64,000 nt of DNA from Octopus sinensis (GCF_006345805.1 NC_043000.1:112902001-112966000); one strand, 5' to 3'. Numbered from the stretch's first letter, positions 24,462 to 38,685 are shown. Notes: generated from the letters alone by a model not told the origin. Made by a program: numbers and translations.

Positions 24462-24625
24462 CGACGGGCTTCTTTCAATTTCCGTCTACCAAATCCACTC
24501 ACAAGGCTTTGGTCGGCCTGAGCCTATAGTAGAAGACACTTGCCCAAGGTTTCACACAGTGGGACTGAACCCGGAACCATGTGGTTGGTAAGCAAACTGC
24601 TTACCACACAGCCACGCCTGCGCCT
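24195..24625 (-). mobile_element. tRNA-derived SINE family A, full length, with internal (CA)n(TA)n
   Basis: Minus head gtggctgtgtggtaag...gggttcagtccc, aaccttgggcaagtgtctt core, internal microsatellite, CR1-like tail. Confidence 0.9.
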
Positions 24626-26093
24626 AAATAAAACTTATAATTTACAATCGACAGAAAAAAATACTCACTCTAGGATGTATGTGTCCCTTCATGATGCATT
24701 CCGTTGCTATTAAGTGTTTCATGTCAAACGCACATAACAGACAGACAAAGACTACAGAAAACAAGCTTGGAAGAAAACCTGTGCTTTGTAGGAATATTAA
24801 CGGAAGTGAAAAATAGTCAGCTTCCAGATCGTTACACAATGTTAATGTTTTCGAAAAGTAGATCATTGTAAAATGCCCGTTGAGTATTTATGAACTCAAA
24901 GTTAGACACAAATGGAAGTCGATCTAACGTAGTGGTAGATGGTATATGTCAAATTTTAATCTCTTCATTCCTCTTTTAGACTCATCACCTGCATCATCAT
25001 AGCAATTTGCAAGGCGTGCTTTGTTTTTTTCTCTTCTCGTGTCACGAGAAACGATAAAGCACACCCTGTTTGTGACATTGGCCTTTAATTCCAGCAACTT
25101 GAAGCTTCCCAGTGGTTGAGTGTTTCATGCTGGATATTTCATCTGGTGGAGACGTTTCGTGCCTGTTCAACAAACAGAAACATTCTCAGAAAGCAGGAGT
25201 CATCAGAATGGCTACGTAAGGAAACCCCAGCAATTTGATAAGAACCTTAATCAAGCAATCCCGCGGTGGAGTCTAATACCAGATGTTTCTTGCAAATTGT
25301 CTTCAAATACATGTTATATATGACGAAGAGAAGGCTAAACAACCATATGAAGGAAATCTGTGAGAACATATGATTTTGAAGGCTATGTGGTTTCCTGATA
25401 TTCTGATTTGAACCGTTGGATTGCTGCAACTTCCGAATCGACTGGCGTTCGCATGTCACCTAGGACTTGTTGATAGATGCAACTAATAACGGAGTGAACA
25501 GCACAAAATAGGATCCACCTTATTCTGGCTTGTAGTTACCGACGTAACCGCCACGAGGAATGTAGGTGCGGTTTTATGATTGCCCTGTGTCCTTCATTTA
25601 TCTAGAAGTAAGTTAGTGTCGTTTTTATGGGAATGTATTGTCTTTTCTAGATTTGGCACTTGCCTTGTTGTGCCTTGATCAAGGATGCCTTCATTAGACG
25701 TTGCCCCAGTTCCCTCAACTGAAAATGTGTTCTGTCAACTTTAATTCGGCGCTCCATTCAGATTATTGCACTCTCAGTTCTTTTAAACGCAACGGAAAGG
25801 GAGATATCCTCCATTCTAATGGGCTTTGTAAATCCGGCACAAAAGAAAAATACAATAATAGAGCATATTCAGTACTTCACATATAAACAGCTACCATAAA
25901 TGGCTACAGTAGAACATGTAGCACAATTGAGGAAGCCCATACGAAACACGGTGACCACAGCAACAAAACGTAACGCACATTTCATACGCCGCAGGCGCAG
26001 ATCGCAAACAGGTGAACACTAAGATGATACCAGTAAAAGACTACCAATGATGAAGAGAGACAGATGTAACAGAGAGTATGTAACACACACACA

Positions 26094-26167
<74 letters not shown>

Positions 26168-26389
26168 CATAAGTCATAATTTTCTTTGAATTATATACAT
26201 AAAAGTCTATATAGGTAATTTTCAACTAACTTTAACAACGCATCAGTTAACCTTTCATGGCAACCGTACCGCATACACCCCAAGACTACAGAGTTATGAT
26301 TGGTAGTACAGGGAAGTAATGCATAAACTTATGAAAACAAGATCGGGGTAATGTTAGTAATAGTTATAATCGCAGAGATAGAAATATTA

Positions 26390-26664
26390 ATGAAGGCAGT
26401 AATATATTCATATATATATATACATATACATATGTATATGTGTGTGTGAGGTGTGTGTACAATATATGATTTATGCATGCATGACTGTGTTTGTGCATTT
26501 AAATACGTATATATGTATGTGCGTATGTATATGTACATATTTATTACATATTCATACAAACATATATTTATATATGTATATATACATATACTTAGTTGTA
26601 TAATATATCTCATATTTACGCATACATAAGTATTTGTGTGTGTGTGTATCTATCTATCTATATG

Positions 26665-26730
<66 letters not shown>

Positions 26731-27472
26731 ATATATGTAATATATATATATATATGTATATAAAACCATTGATGTATATACATGCATATATATATGCATA
26801 GGGATATATATATTTATACATATATTGAAAAGGCGATTGGCAACAAGAGATAAAATATATTTTCAGGCCAGCGACTCGGTTCTGTAGGAATTAGTTCTTT
26901 GTGATATTGATGCTACTTATCTTTAAATTCTTCCTCTTTATTCATCTTTCAAAATGTCTTTCTGTGGTTGAGATAATTGGCCGTTAGCCTCATTCTGAAT
27001 TTATCTTCTTGACATTTATATTAGGTTTGAAGATATTTCTGATTGTAAGATTAGGAGATAAGTCAGGTCAGAAGTTTCATACACACCTCCGAACTCTACT
27101 TATTGCTAATCATCTACGTACGTACGTATGTATGTATGTATGTATGTATGTAGTATGTATGTATGTATGTATGTATGTATGTACGTATGTATGTATGTAT
27201 GTATGTATGTATGTATGTATGTATGTATGTATGTATGTATGTATGCATGTATGTATGTATGTATGTATGTATGTATGTATGTAGGTAATATGTATTTACG
27301 TATGTATGTATGTATGTATGTATTCATGTATTCATGTATGAGTGAACATATGAATGTGTCAAAGTATACATGTATGCTAGCGTGCATATATATATAATGA
27401 ATATATATAATATATATATATATATACAAATATATATGTAAATGAATATATATGTATATGAGTGTATATCTA

Positions 27473-27529
<57 letters not shown>

Positions 27530-27656
27530 GTGTTATATGTATTTACATATATATATATAATGAATATATATATAATATATATATATATACAAATATATAA
27601 ATACACATATATATATATAAATAATTATATACGCATATGAGTGTGTGTATATGATT

Positions 27657-27690
<34 letters not shown>

Positions 27691-27790
27691 ATTGTATATA
27701 TATGCATATATATGTGTGTATATATATAATTATATATATGTATGTATATATACATACATATATACATATATGTATGTGTGTGTATGGAAG
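26390..27790. repeat. (TA)n/(TATG)n microsatellite blocks
   Basis: Direct reading. Confidence 0.9.
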
Positions 27791-28140
27791 CATGGCGGTC
27801 TTGTATCAGAATTATACATTATTTTATATGACACCAATTATCTGTGTATAGACGTATACATGTTTATGATAGTATATACGAATTCTGTGTCTTTAAAAAC
27901 TCTGCATACCTATAAACACATATATAACTCTGCATACCTATAAACACATATATAACTTTTTGTCGATGAATTAAGAAATTTGAAAATGTCTCGTATTGAG
28001 ATAGATAAATGCAAATGAAGATAGCAATCAATAAATAAGAGTTTGTAACTTATTTATTGAAGAGTGTACAAGACCGAGATATTTTATGAGCCGTCCTTCA
28101 TTTTCAATCGAGCTTGTTTTATTAAAAGCATGTGTGCCTT

Positions 28141-28252
<112 letters not shown>

Positions 28253-29880
28253 CAGTAGTTTTATTTTTATAGCGTGCTTTCACTTCACTACCGAGCGCAG
28301 CTCTGTGTGCCTTGGGTATGTGTTGTGATTTGTTGTGATGCTCTGATGGTTATTGTATCGAAAGTGTTTTGAGTAGGATGTGTGCTGTGCCTAGTAGTGC
28401 AATTTTCTGTATGTTATATGTGTTTGTAAGTCCTGGTGTTTTTGTTATGTATTTGTCTGAATATTTTTTTATCATGCCTAATGCACCTACTATGATAGGA
28501 ATTGTTTCTGTTTTCAGATTCCACATTCTAGTTACCTCTATTTCCAGGTCTTTGTATTTTGAGAGTTTCTCCATTTCTTTTAGAGACACGTTGTCATCTG
28601 CCGGTATTGATACATCAATTAGAAAGCATTTTTTTTCTTCATGATCTCTGACAACTATATCTGGTCTGTTGGCCTTAATTTCTCTATCTGTACGTATCGG
28701 CATATCCCAGAGTATGGTTGCTCTCTCGTTTTCTGTGACCTTTTCTGGTGTGTGCCTATACCATCTTTTTTCTGTTGTTATTCCATAATGTTGGCATAGC
28801 TTCCAATGTATGTAGGTCCCAACTCTGTCATGTCTGTGAATATATTCCTTCTTAGCCAGGACTGGGCAGCTAGAGATAATATGATTTATTGTTTCTTGTC
28901 CATCTCCACATATTCTGCAGTTACTTGTAATATTTCTTTTCATTACATGTTTTTGGTAATTTCTGGTGGGGAGGCTTTGGTCTTGTGCTGCATTAAAAAT
29001 CCCTCTGTTTCTGCTTTGAGTCCTGAGCTTCTCAACCATTGCTGGGATTTTTCTTTGCCTATTTCTTTTGCGTTTAGTTTAGTCCAGTATTTACCATGAA
29101 GGGGCTTTTCTTGCCATCGTTTTATCATGGTTCGTTGCTGTTCTATTCTTAGGTTGGATTTCATTTGTTTTATACCTTTGTTGTTTCTTCATCTCTCTTC
29201 TTCTTCTTCTTCTTCTTCTTCTTCTCTTCTTCTTCTTCTCTTCTTCTTCTTCTTCTTCTTCGTCTTCTTCTTCTTCTTCTTCTTCTTCTTCTCTTTCTTC
29301 TTCTTCTTCTTCATGTTTATTAGGTGTATGATTTCTTGTTTGTATTTGTCAGCTTCCTTAATACTGAGAACAGTTTTTTTGTTTTGCTCGTGTTTTGCCG
29401 CTATCTGGATCAGTTTTTCCTTCCTTCTGAAGTAGATATTTTGCAGTCCTATGGTGGTTATTTTATAGTAGTTTTCCAGCTGTATAAGGCCTCTACCACC
29501 TTCTATACGTTGTATATATAGTCTTTCTATGTCAGATTTTGGGTGATGCATCCTAGATCCTGTCATTATTTTTCTTGTTTTCCTATCTATTTTGGTCAGT
29601 TCTTTCGTGTCCAGTTAAGGATATTGTAGCTGTAACTTATAACTGGGACAGCTAAAGTGTTGATACTTATTATCTTGTTTTTAGCATTGAGCTCTGTTTT
29701 TAGTATTGATCTAACTCGTCTATAATATTCTTTTTTTATTTTCTCTTTCATTTGTGTGTGTTGTGTCTTATCTAGTTCATGGATTCCTAAGTATTGTGTA
29801 GTTTGGCTTTGGTCTAATTATTTTATTCATTGGTTTTATCTAGTGTGATGTTGTTACTCTTAACTAGTTTTCCTCTTTCA
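28253..29880 (-). mobile_element. R4/Dong-clade non-LTR retrotransposon, 5'-truncated (RT end, CCHC finger, restriction-like endonuclease)
   Basis: KEYYRRVRSILKTELNAKNK, MHHPKSDIERLYIQRIEGGRGL, AAQDQSLPTRNY, CRICGDGQETINHIISSC, NRPDIVV..FLIDVSIP..KLSKYKDL, GALG, KIALLGTAHIL; (TAA)n on both sides; frameshifts and internal (GAA)n expansion. Confidence 0.9.
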
Positions 29881-29913
29881 TATTATTATTATTATATTAT
29901 TATTATTATTTTA

Positions 29914-29961
<48 letters not shown>

Positions 29962-29962
<1 letters not shown>

Positions 29963-30430
29963 CGTTTGAGTTTTGCTTTATATTTGTACAAGTTGGCTCC
30001 AGTCTCACCCAGAGACCTCAAGAGACAACAGGTTGGAAGTTCATGTTGTTGTTGCCTAGTGTGCCATATATTGGGGGGGGGGCTTTTTGGTGTTGTACAA
30101 ATGAATGTCTAAAAAAAAAATTTTTTTTTTTTTTAAACCGAAAATTATGTTTGTTTTAAACCTTGAGATTACATAGAAAGTATTTTGCGTAGGATATGAG
30201 CAGTTCCCATGAGCACTATCTTTTGAATTTCTGCCATTTTTGGGTTTCCTGGTATCTGAGTTAGTTAGCTATCAGCCCCTTTTGCTATCATTCCCAGGGC
30301 ACCTATGACAACAGGAGGTTCCACATTTTGCTGATTTCTATTTCAAGATCTTTATATTTGCTCAGTTTTAGGTAGATCTTGACAGATACGTTTATATCGA
30401 TTGGGACAGTCATATCAATGAGGAGGCATG
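29962..30430 (-). mobile_element. R4/Dong-like 3' fragment, second subfamily
   Basis: CLLIDMTVPIDINVS..KLSKYKDLEIEISKMWNL..VIGALGMI..IQKIVLMGTAHILRKILSM*, different 3'UTR; (TAA)n on both sides. Confidence 0.85.
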
Positions 30431-30451
30431 TTATTATTATTATTATTATTA

Positions 30452-30513
<62 letters not shown>

Positions 30514-30516
<3 letters not shown>

Positions 30517-30899
30517 TAGTTTTATTTTTATAGCGTGCTTTCACTTCACTACCGATCGCAGCTCTGTGTGCCTTAGGTATGTGCTGTGATTTGTTGTGAT
30601 GCTCTGATGGTTATTGTATGGAAAGTGTTCTGCGTAGGATATGTGCAGTGCCTAGTAGTGCAATTTTCTGTATGTTATATGTGTTTGTAAGTCCTGGTGT
30701 TTTTGTTATGTATTTGTCTGAATATTTTTTTATCATGCCTAATGCACCTATTATGATAGGAATTGTTTCTGTTTTTAGATTCCACATTCTGGTTACCTCT
30801 ATTTCCATGTCTTTGTATTTTGAAAGTTTCTCCATTTCTTTTACAGACACGTTGTCATCCACTGGTATTGACACATCAATTAGAAAACATTTTTTTTCT

Positions 30900-30901
<2 letters not shown>
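30514..30901 (-). mobile_element. R4/Dong-like 3' fragment, same subfamily as 28253-29880
   Basis: EEKKCFLIDVSIPVDDNVS...GTAHILRRTLSIQ* plus a closely matching 3'UTR end (cagtagttttatttttatagcgtgc on plus); (TAA)n on both sides. Confidence 0.9.
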
Positions 30902-30967
<66 letters not shown>

Positions 30968-31525
30968 TATAATTTGTTTACGGGAAACGTTTTGAATATG
31001 CAAATAAATCTCCATTGTTTACAAATTCCATCCAAGGATTCTTGTTATTATTATTATATTTATCTTACATTATATCAGTACCTTATATTCAATATTTCGT
31101 GTGTATGACCCCATTTCTAAGAAATTGACGAATGTTGCCGATGTGCGTGTGTGTGAGCATGTGTGGAGTGGACATGCGCAGAAAGGTGTTGCTATTGCAA
31201 CCGGCTAGCTTCCTGTAAATCTCTCCTGTTGTTGAGCTTAGGTTTCTTTTGGTGTATGATGATGTCTTCAGAGATTCTGTGGTTGCCCCTGTCCCGCTGT
31301 GTTGCTTTGATGTGCACTATGATTTCCCGGGTCTGGCATTTACGTAGATGATACTTCACGGATGTGTCTGCCTGCATTTGTTCCTTAAGTGTATATATAT
31401 ATATAATAGAAATATGTTACAAAAAGTAAATAGAGACTACACGTGGTGATGTAAGGAGAAAGTAAGAAAAATTAACGAAAATGTACAATTGTAGATAAAA
31501 AAAGAAATGGCGTTTTATGAAAGGT

Positions 31526-31852
31526 CCTAAAGACTTCGCCGGTTACGACGACGAGGGTCTCAGCTGATACGATCAACGGAACAGCTTGCTCGTGAAATTA
31601 ACGTGCAAATGGCTGAGCATTCCACAGACACGTGTACCCTTAACGTAGTTCTCGGGGATAATCAGCGTGACACAGAGAGTGACAAGGCTGACCCTTTGAA
31701 ATACAAGTACAACTCATTTTTGCCAGCTGAGTGGACTGGAGCAACGTGAAATAAAGTGTCTTGCTCAAGGACACAACGCGTCGCCGGGAATCGAACTCAC
31801 AACCTTACGATCATGAGCCGAATGCCCTAACCACTAAGCCACGCGCCCTCAA
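31526..31852 (-). mobile_element. tRNA-derived SINE family C, full length
   Basis: Minus head gcgtggcttagtggttagggc...gagttcgattccc, tgtgtccttgagcaagacactt core; 12-bp TSD tttatgaaaggt at 31514-31525 and 31853-31864. Confidence 0.9.
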
Positions 31853-32135
31853 TTTATGAAAGGTAACGACAAATATATATACAATTAGATGACCTGAGCC
31901 GGTGTTCATTCAAAGCAATGAATACTCTGACGAAACCGCGGTATTCATGAATCTCTTCAATAATTTCATAATAATGACTTTTATTACTTTTATTACTACC
32001 TCAGTCTATCTAATTGTATATATCTCTCGTTATCTTTCATAAAGGCCTTTTTGTTTTTTTATTTACAATGTGCATTTTCGTTGATTTTTCTTACTTTTCA
32101 CCACCCCTATATATAATATATATATAATATATATA

Positions 32136-32174
<39 letters not shown>

Positions 32175-32188
32175 TATATATTTTTATA

Positions 32189-32551
32189 TTTTATCTAGTT
32201 TCAGCTCACGAGCTGTGGCCATGCTGGGGCACCGCCATTCGGTGTTGCTACATGATTTTACTTCACGAATGGTTTCTAGCAATTGCCATTTGGTGCATGA
32301 GAGAGTTCGATGCAGCTGACCTCATCTGCACCTCCTGCCGTGAAGTTGGTACATCTGGGACACCTGACAGGAAGAGATCCAGTTTTATTTTAAAGACATC
32401 TGCATCCACCCCATGCAGGTCTCTCAGGTCCTTCGGGAGGATATTGAAGAGCTGTGGACCACTGAAGCCCAGGCTATCACAGTATCTTGTCCTACATCTT
32501 GATGGCAACTTTGGAGTCCTTGACACTATGCAGTGGCGCATATATTCTCAG
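32189..32551 (-). mobile_element. CR1/L2-group LINE 3' end (second family)
   Basis: SLGFSGPQLFNILPKDLR..FKIKLDLFLSGVPDVP...SNSL, then 3'UTR ggcggtgccccagcatggccacagc..ctgaaactag. Confidence 0.85.
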
Positions 32552-32554
32552 TCA

Positions 32555-32670
32555 AAACTGTCCGACGAATGAGAACGTGAAAGTCTGCAGCTTTATTAAC
32601 AAAGCATATTACTCTACCTACGGTACTCGAGTTCTATTTTTCCACATTGTTTCACATTTATGTACTTACA
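32555..32670 (+). mobile_element. Short dispersed repeat homologous to 1854-1975
   Basis: Shared gaacgtgaaa, aaagcatattactcta, ttgtttcacatttatgt. Confidence 0.4.
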
Positions 32671-33009
32671 CTGTGTATGTGTGTGTTTGTGTGCGTGTGT
32701 GTGTGTATGTGTATCTTTCAACTTATTTTCTTCAACACCTCTAATTGTAAGATCTGTTCCCTGAAGACGGAGGCTCGTCTCATCCTACCATGGAATCAAT
32801 CTGCAAACGTATTCTGGACCACGGAGCCCAGCAGAAACGGCTGTTGGATTAGTAATACATTTCCTCCGCCCCTTTTATTCTCTACTTCATTCGTATTCTG
32901 CGTGAGTTGGACATTTTAAATTGTATACATTCTTGCACTCCCTGTATTTAATAACTTTTATATATTGATCTAAATTGCATATAACTGCATTTACTTTTAT
33001 ATAAATATA

Positions 33010-33020
33010 TATATAGACAC

Positions 33021-33114
<94 letters not shown>

Positions 33115-33867
33115 TTATCTATATATGTATCTATCTATCTCCCTGTTTCCCTACCTGTCCGTCTTTCTCTATGTATATATGTATGTATGTATCTATCTAT
33201 CTATGCATAGAATTTGATATATATACATAATAACCTCACCCACACATTCTTCACGAATTATTGCATGTTATGTCGATATCTACAGTATATATATATATAT
33301 ATATATAATATCGATATCTCTACAGTATATATATATATATAATTATATATAATTATATATATATTGTGTGTGTGTGTTTGTGTGTGGTGTCTGTGTCTTG
33401 TGTGTCTGTAAGTATATATATATATATATGTCTGTATGTATGTATATGTATGCATACACTAGCTGTTTGCAGATTAAGTATTTATACAGAAAGAAAATCT
33501 GAATGCTAAAAGCAATGTTAATCTGAAAGCTTTGGGTGATCTTTCATAGGCTTACATAGCTTAATTCTGCACTCTGCACATTACATAAGGATGAAACCAT
33601 CACCGATGTCCGATGCGTTTGCGTTCATGCAATGACAACGATCAGCTCCATAGCAATGGTGTATTTGGAAAGAAATCCATTGGTATTGGATTCCGCGTTT
33701 GTCGCATCTTCGCTTTCGGTAAACACACACACACACCCACATACATGCACACGCAAATACACAAACCCCCACATACGCGCGCAATACACATATAACGAAT
33801 GTTTGTATGTATTTTAAAACTGACATTTATATATATATATATATATATATATGCATATCCAAATACA

Positions 33868-33900
<33 letters not shown>

Positions 33901-34130
33901 TATATATATATATGTATTATATATATATGATATATACATGCATATATATATTCTATATATATATATATATATATATATGCATATCGAAATATACACACAC
34001 ATATATATATATATGATATATACATGCATATATATATATATAAGTATATCTATGTATAATTATATGTGGTGTATACATATGTAAACACACGCCTACACAC
34101 ACACATATATAGATACATAGATTTTAGTAT

Positions 34131-34170
<40 letters not shown>

Positions 34171-35327
34171 TATATATATATACATATATATACACATATA
34201 TATATACATATATATGTATATATATATACATATATATGTATATATATATATATATATATAACTTTTGGGATGTATTTGGGGTACTTAATTGTGCTCATGA
34301 CTTAATGTTTGCTTCTTCCATGGGTATCAGTAAGCATTTCATTTATTTCTTTGCCGCATTTATCACTGACGAAGAGAAGATTCTTATGAATTAACTCTGA
34401 ACTCGGGTCCGATATCGGAATTTTTCAGAAATTTCTGCAGGCTTTCTTCGGAGCGCGTACTTATTGTGATGAATTATACATTACATGGTTATATACATCG
34501 ATAGATAGACAAAGTTCCCTTCGGAGGCATAAGTTGTTCATGGAAGACCAGCACTCACCCATGCTTTCCGGCCTCCTCTCTCCCTGCTATTCTTCCTTTT
34601 TTTTCTCCAAGAGAAAGGGAATGAACGATATAACTTGGCACCAGTGACGTCGCAACTCATTAACATATCTGAGTGAACTGGAACAACATGAAATGAAGTG
34701 TCGTGCTCAAGTACACAACACACAGCCCGGTACGGGAATCGAAATCACTATCTCATGATTGTGAAGCCGACGCTCCAACTACTGAGCAATACGGCTTCAT
34801 TTTGGACGTCATATATAACTAAGCAATACAATTCTTTCATCCTGTTTGCATTAGTAGGGTTACAGTAATGTGAATGAGATTAATTATTCAATACTTATAA
34901 ACGTGGGTATGATAACGGTATTCGCGGTGACCTTTTGTTCAGTAACGAATAGCATTGTGTTTAACGACGAATACTAAATGTATTAAAAATGTATAACGTA
35001 ATATCTTAAAGGTAGCGTGTTCGCATTAGTATACATACCTAGATACGTGGATAGATTGATAGATAGATAGAGAGATAGATAGATAGATATATAAATAGAT
35101 AGAGAGATTGATACATAATTAAATAGATAGACAGATAAATAGCTAGATAGCTATACTGATAGATAGATGTAGAGAGATATAGAGATGTAGTTACATACGC
35201 ACAAATATCAAAGCTTTATATTTATGTGTGTGTGTGTGTGTGTGTATGTCTGTGTATACACAGGCATTAAAAACACGCACGCACACACATACATATACGA
35301 ACGAACACTCAGTCACACACACCCATG

Positions 35328-35358
<31 letters not shown>

Positions 35359-35434
35359 GAATATATATGTCTATATATATATATGTATGAATATATATCT
35401 ATCTATATATATGAATATATACATATATATGAAT

Positions 35435-35478
<44 letters not shown>

Positions 35479-36163
35479 TCACGAGGCAGGCATAAACTTT
35501 TGTAGCAATGTGATAATTTATGAATAAAAAGAAATGAATTAATAACAATTATATGGTAACTCACCGAGCAAATATTTAAATAGCATTGAATGATTGCGAT
35601 TCAAAGTTACTGGAAACTGTTGGATAAAATCGACTGACCGTTGACCGGAAATAATATAACGATTAAAAACTAGTGAAAATCCAATTAGATTTGATTTGTG
35701 TAATTTACAAATGAACATTACAAATACACATATCTGCAGCGAAGGAAAAATATCTCGATATTAAAAGTTTAAGAAAATATATCGTAAACTTTCAAATTTT
35801 ACCGAATTAAACATAAAGGATACATATGCAAGCATATAGGCCCCATACGTAAGTAGGTGAACGGTTATTGCCAATTCTTTCTCCTGATGAAGGAATCTGG
35901 TGTTTTAGTAATACCCCTATGCAATCATTTACTGCTTGCACATACATGGCGTTTTGCGCAGTCTATGTGCTAAACACGAACATTACGAATATTACACAAT
36001 TCCGAGCTTCACAAAACAGGTGCCGAGTTAAGAAAACTTATGCATTCTCTACTAATATTCAGTATTTTTATGGCCTATGTAAATTTATTCATTTCTTACT
36101 CCCTCTCGCCCTCTCTCTCTCTCTCACTCTCTCTCTCTCTCACTCTTCCCTCTTTCTCAGTTT

Positions 36164-36222
<59 letters not shown>

Positions 36223-36660
36223 AAACGTATACCGCAGTAAATATTCTTTCGAGGAACTTTTTCCCTAAAGTATGATTCATAGATGGCTATTTCATTTGTA
36301 AGCTGCTTCTATTGTATATAATATACATATATATACACATATATATATACATATGTATATACATATATATATACATAACATATACATATATATATACGTA
36401 TATATATATGTATATATTTACACATATACATAACATATACATATATATATACCCATGTATATACATACACATATACACATATATAAATGTATATTTATAA
36501 ATATATATAACATTTATATTTAATATAATCTTTCTTCATATATGTATATATATATATATTATATATATATATATATTATATATATACATATATACGTATG
36601 CACTTATAAACACACACACATAAACACGCACATATATATACATACACACACACAATCATA
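33010..36660. repeat. Multiple (TATC)n/(TA)n/(CA)n/(GATA)n microsatellites with unique spacers
   Basis: Direct reading. Confidence 0.85.
34630..34798 (-). mobile_element. Older SINE C-related 5' half
   Basis: gaaatgaagtgtcgtgctcaagtacacaac...gggaatcgaa matches the family C head/core. Confidence 0.65.
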
Positions 36661-36780
36661 CATAGTATTTCTTTCCAAATTTCTAAATGTTACAAATCCT
36701 GTAACATCTCATAAAGCAGCGTCACTCTTGTCATCCCCATGACGTCATCGTTCTCTTTCCCTTCCCTTTCCTCATTGCAG

Positions 36781-36863
36781 TCATGAATATCTGCCACCAT
36801 CATAATCGTCTATTTCACTCCTACTACCACCACCACCACCACCACCACCCCGTCGATACACAG
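36781..36863 (+). other. Candidate 83-nt exon (possibly lncRNA or 5' exon)
   Basis: Long pyrimidine tract ttctctttcccttccctttcctcattgcag| and cag|gtatca donor; frame MNICHHHNRLFHSYYHHHHHHHPVDTQ. Confidence 0.25.
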
Positions 36864-37603
36864 GTATCAATGCTTCTGTTGAAGACATTTATTATATTCC
36901 ACCTTCGTTGTCACAGAGAATTGTGTACTCAACTACATGACAATCGCACCATTCTTGCCTTCATCTCTATAACTCACGAGAGAGAGCATATTAGAAGTGG
37001 GTGGGGTATGTACACAGTTCACACCCGTATGTATACTCATGTATACGCTTACACATGCAGCTCCTAGGCGAAGTATAATAAAATGGTTTTGCTTCGCGAT
37101 TATAAGATCTAGCGTTCTATCCTTCTACGTGACATACTGGGCAAATGCCATTTTCTAAGATTATTTTTATTGATCAAACAAATGAATCCTCGTCGTCAAA
37201 TGACGAAGAACCTCGAAACACACAGATGTAATAAAACTACAAATCGACATATCTAATATATTCTCTAATGCGATGTGAAACCGGTTACGTAGTTCTTTTT
37301 TTTCTACTGTCGATGAAGGATACAGGAACATTTTTGCCCAGGGTTATATATTTCTAGAAAATGTTTACATCGTTTTACACTTCAGATTGAGCAAGTTATG
37401 TTCTTTCTCACTTACCTTTCCTATACGAGACGTAACTACTCGATGTCTTCGCTGTTCGTTTTCTCATAAACTACAATTAGTTGTCAGTTGAACATTTGGT
37501 GTCTCTTGTGTAGAAGAGACACCATGATGTCTCATGATGTCGGTGATGACTTTTGAATTACATGGAGGTAGCCTTCAAGGTGATATATTATAAATATTCC
37601 TAC

Positions 37604-37765
37604 TCTCCAGCTGGCTATACGACACGATCTGTTCGAAAATATAAGGACACAGATCGTGTCGTATAGCCAGCTGGAGACGATGTCTCCTGGGGCTAAATTA
37701 CAGCAATATTCGTTCTAAACCAGGACTGCCATGTTATGTTGGCAAACGATCTTTATCTCACTTGT
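37604..37765 (+). mobile_element. Perfect 29-bp hairpin followed by a repeat tail shared with the 12.4-kb element
   Basis: 37604-37632 is the exact reverse complement of 37649-37677; tail attacagcaa(t/c)attcgt(t/c)ctaaaccaggactg shared with ~12379. Confidence 0.55.
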
Positions 37766-38007
37766 TATTGCCTAATTTGGTTGTTTTATCCACAGCTTTG
37801 CATGCTTCAAATTATTTTGTTTTTTATATGTATGGTTGTGTGATTGCATACATCTGTGTATGTATGTCTGATTATTCTTGTTTAAAAACGCACACCTATT
37901 CGTCCTCAAGATACTGAGTGAGGTATGTCACGTAGTGTGTTACATCATATGCACATATATATCTATATGTGTGTGTGTGTGTGTTTGTGTGGGGTGCTTG
38001 TGTATGA

Positions 38008-38042
<35 letters not shown>

Positions 38043-38442
38043 TACATATACGTTTGCGTATCTAACTTTGTGTGGGTATGAGCGCATACGTATATATGTG
38101 TGTGTGTTTCAATTTCGACGTGCATTTGTGTTTGTGTGTGTGTGTGTGATTGTATAGGTGCGGATGTGTTTGCTAGAATTTAATTACTTTAATTAAGACA
38201 GCCACAGATTTATTAAATGACTTTTTTTTTAGTTTTGTATGAAAATCGTTAAATTCTCTGGTAAAGTACTGGAGTGGAAATATGGCAGTTCATGATGCGG
38301 TCGAGAAGAGAGTCAGAAGGATTGGGATTGTGAAAGAGAAACTGAAAAGGAACGATACAAAAACAGATGTAGATCGATAGATGAATAGATAGATAGATAT
38401 ATGGATAGATAGATCGATAGATAAATAGATAGATGGATAATG

Positions 38443-38476
<34 letters not shown>

Positions 38477-38593
38477 AAGATAGATAGATAGATAGCTGGA
38501 TAGATAAATATATATATAGATAGATGGATAGATGGATGGATAGATGGATGGATAGATAGATAGATAGCTAGATAGATAGACAGATAGACAGAT

Positions 38594-38661
<68 letters not shown>

Positions 38662-38685
38662 GGTTAGATAGATATATAGATAGAT

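Noticed and set aside
25148-25206. Minus-strand CTGATGA...GAAACGTC hammerhead-like pair
   Set aside because: Stem II is not closed next to the core and there is no stem I pairing.
25380-25430. Possible Tc1 WPP.SPDLNPLD remnant
   Set aside because: Needs two indels in 15 codons and there is no supporting flanking motif.
25608-25650. gtaagt...ttttctag mini-intron
   Set aside because: Only 43 nt and no coherent flanking exons.
27899-27955. Local tandem duplications (also ~33270-33345, 33820-34030, 60690-60910)
   Set aside because: Typical slippage or assembly artefacts adjoining microsatellites.
31918-31950. ctgacgaaaccgcggtattca hammerhead-like remnant
   Set aside because: Stem II is absent and stem I is out of register.
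34367-34460. CTGACGA...cttcggagcgcgt and similar partial cores (32762, 35884, 37200, 48492)
   Set aside because: GAAA or stems are missing; indistinguishable from chance without a consensus.
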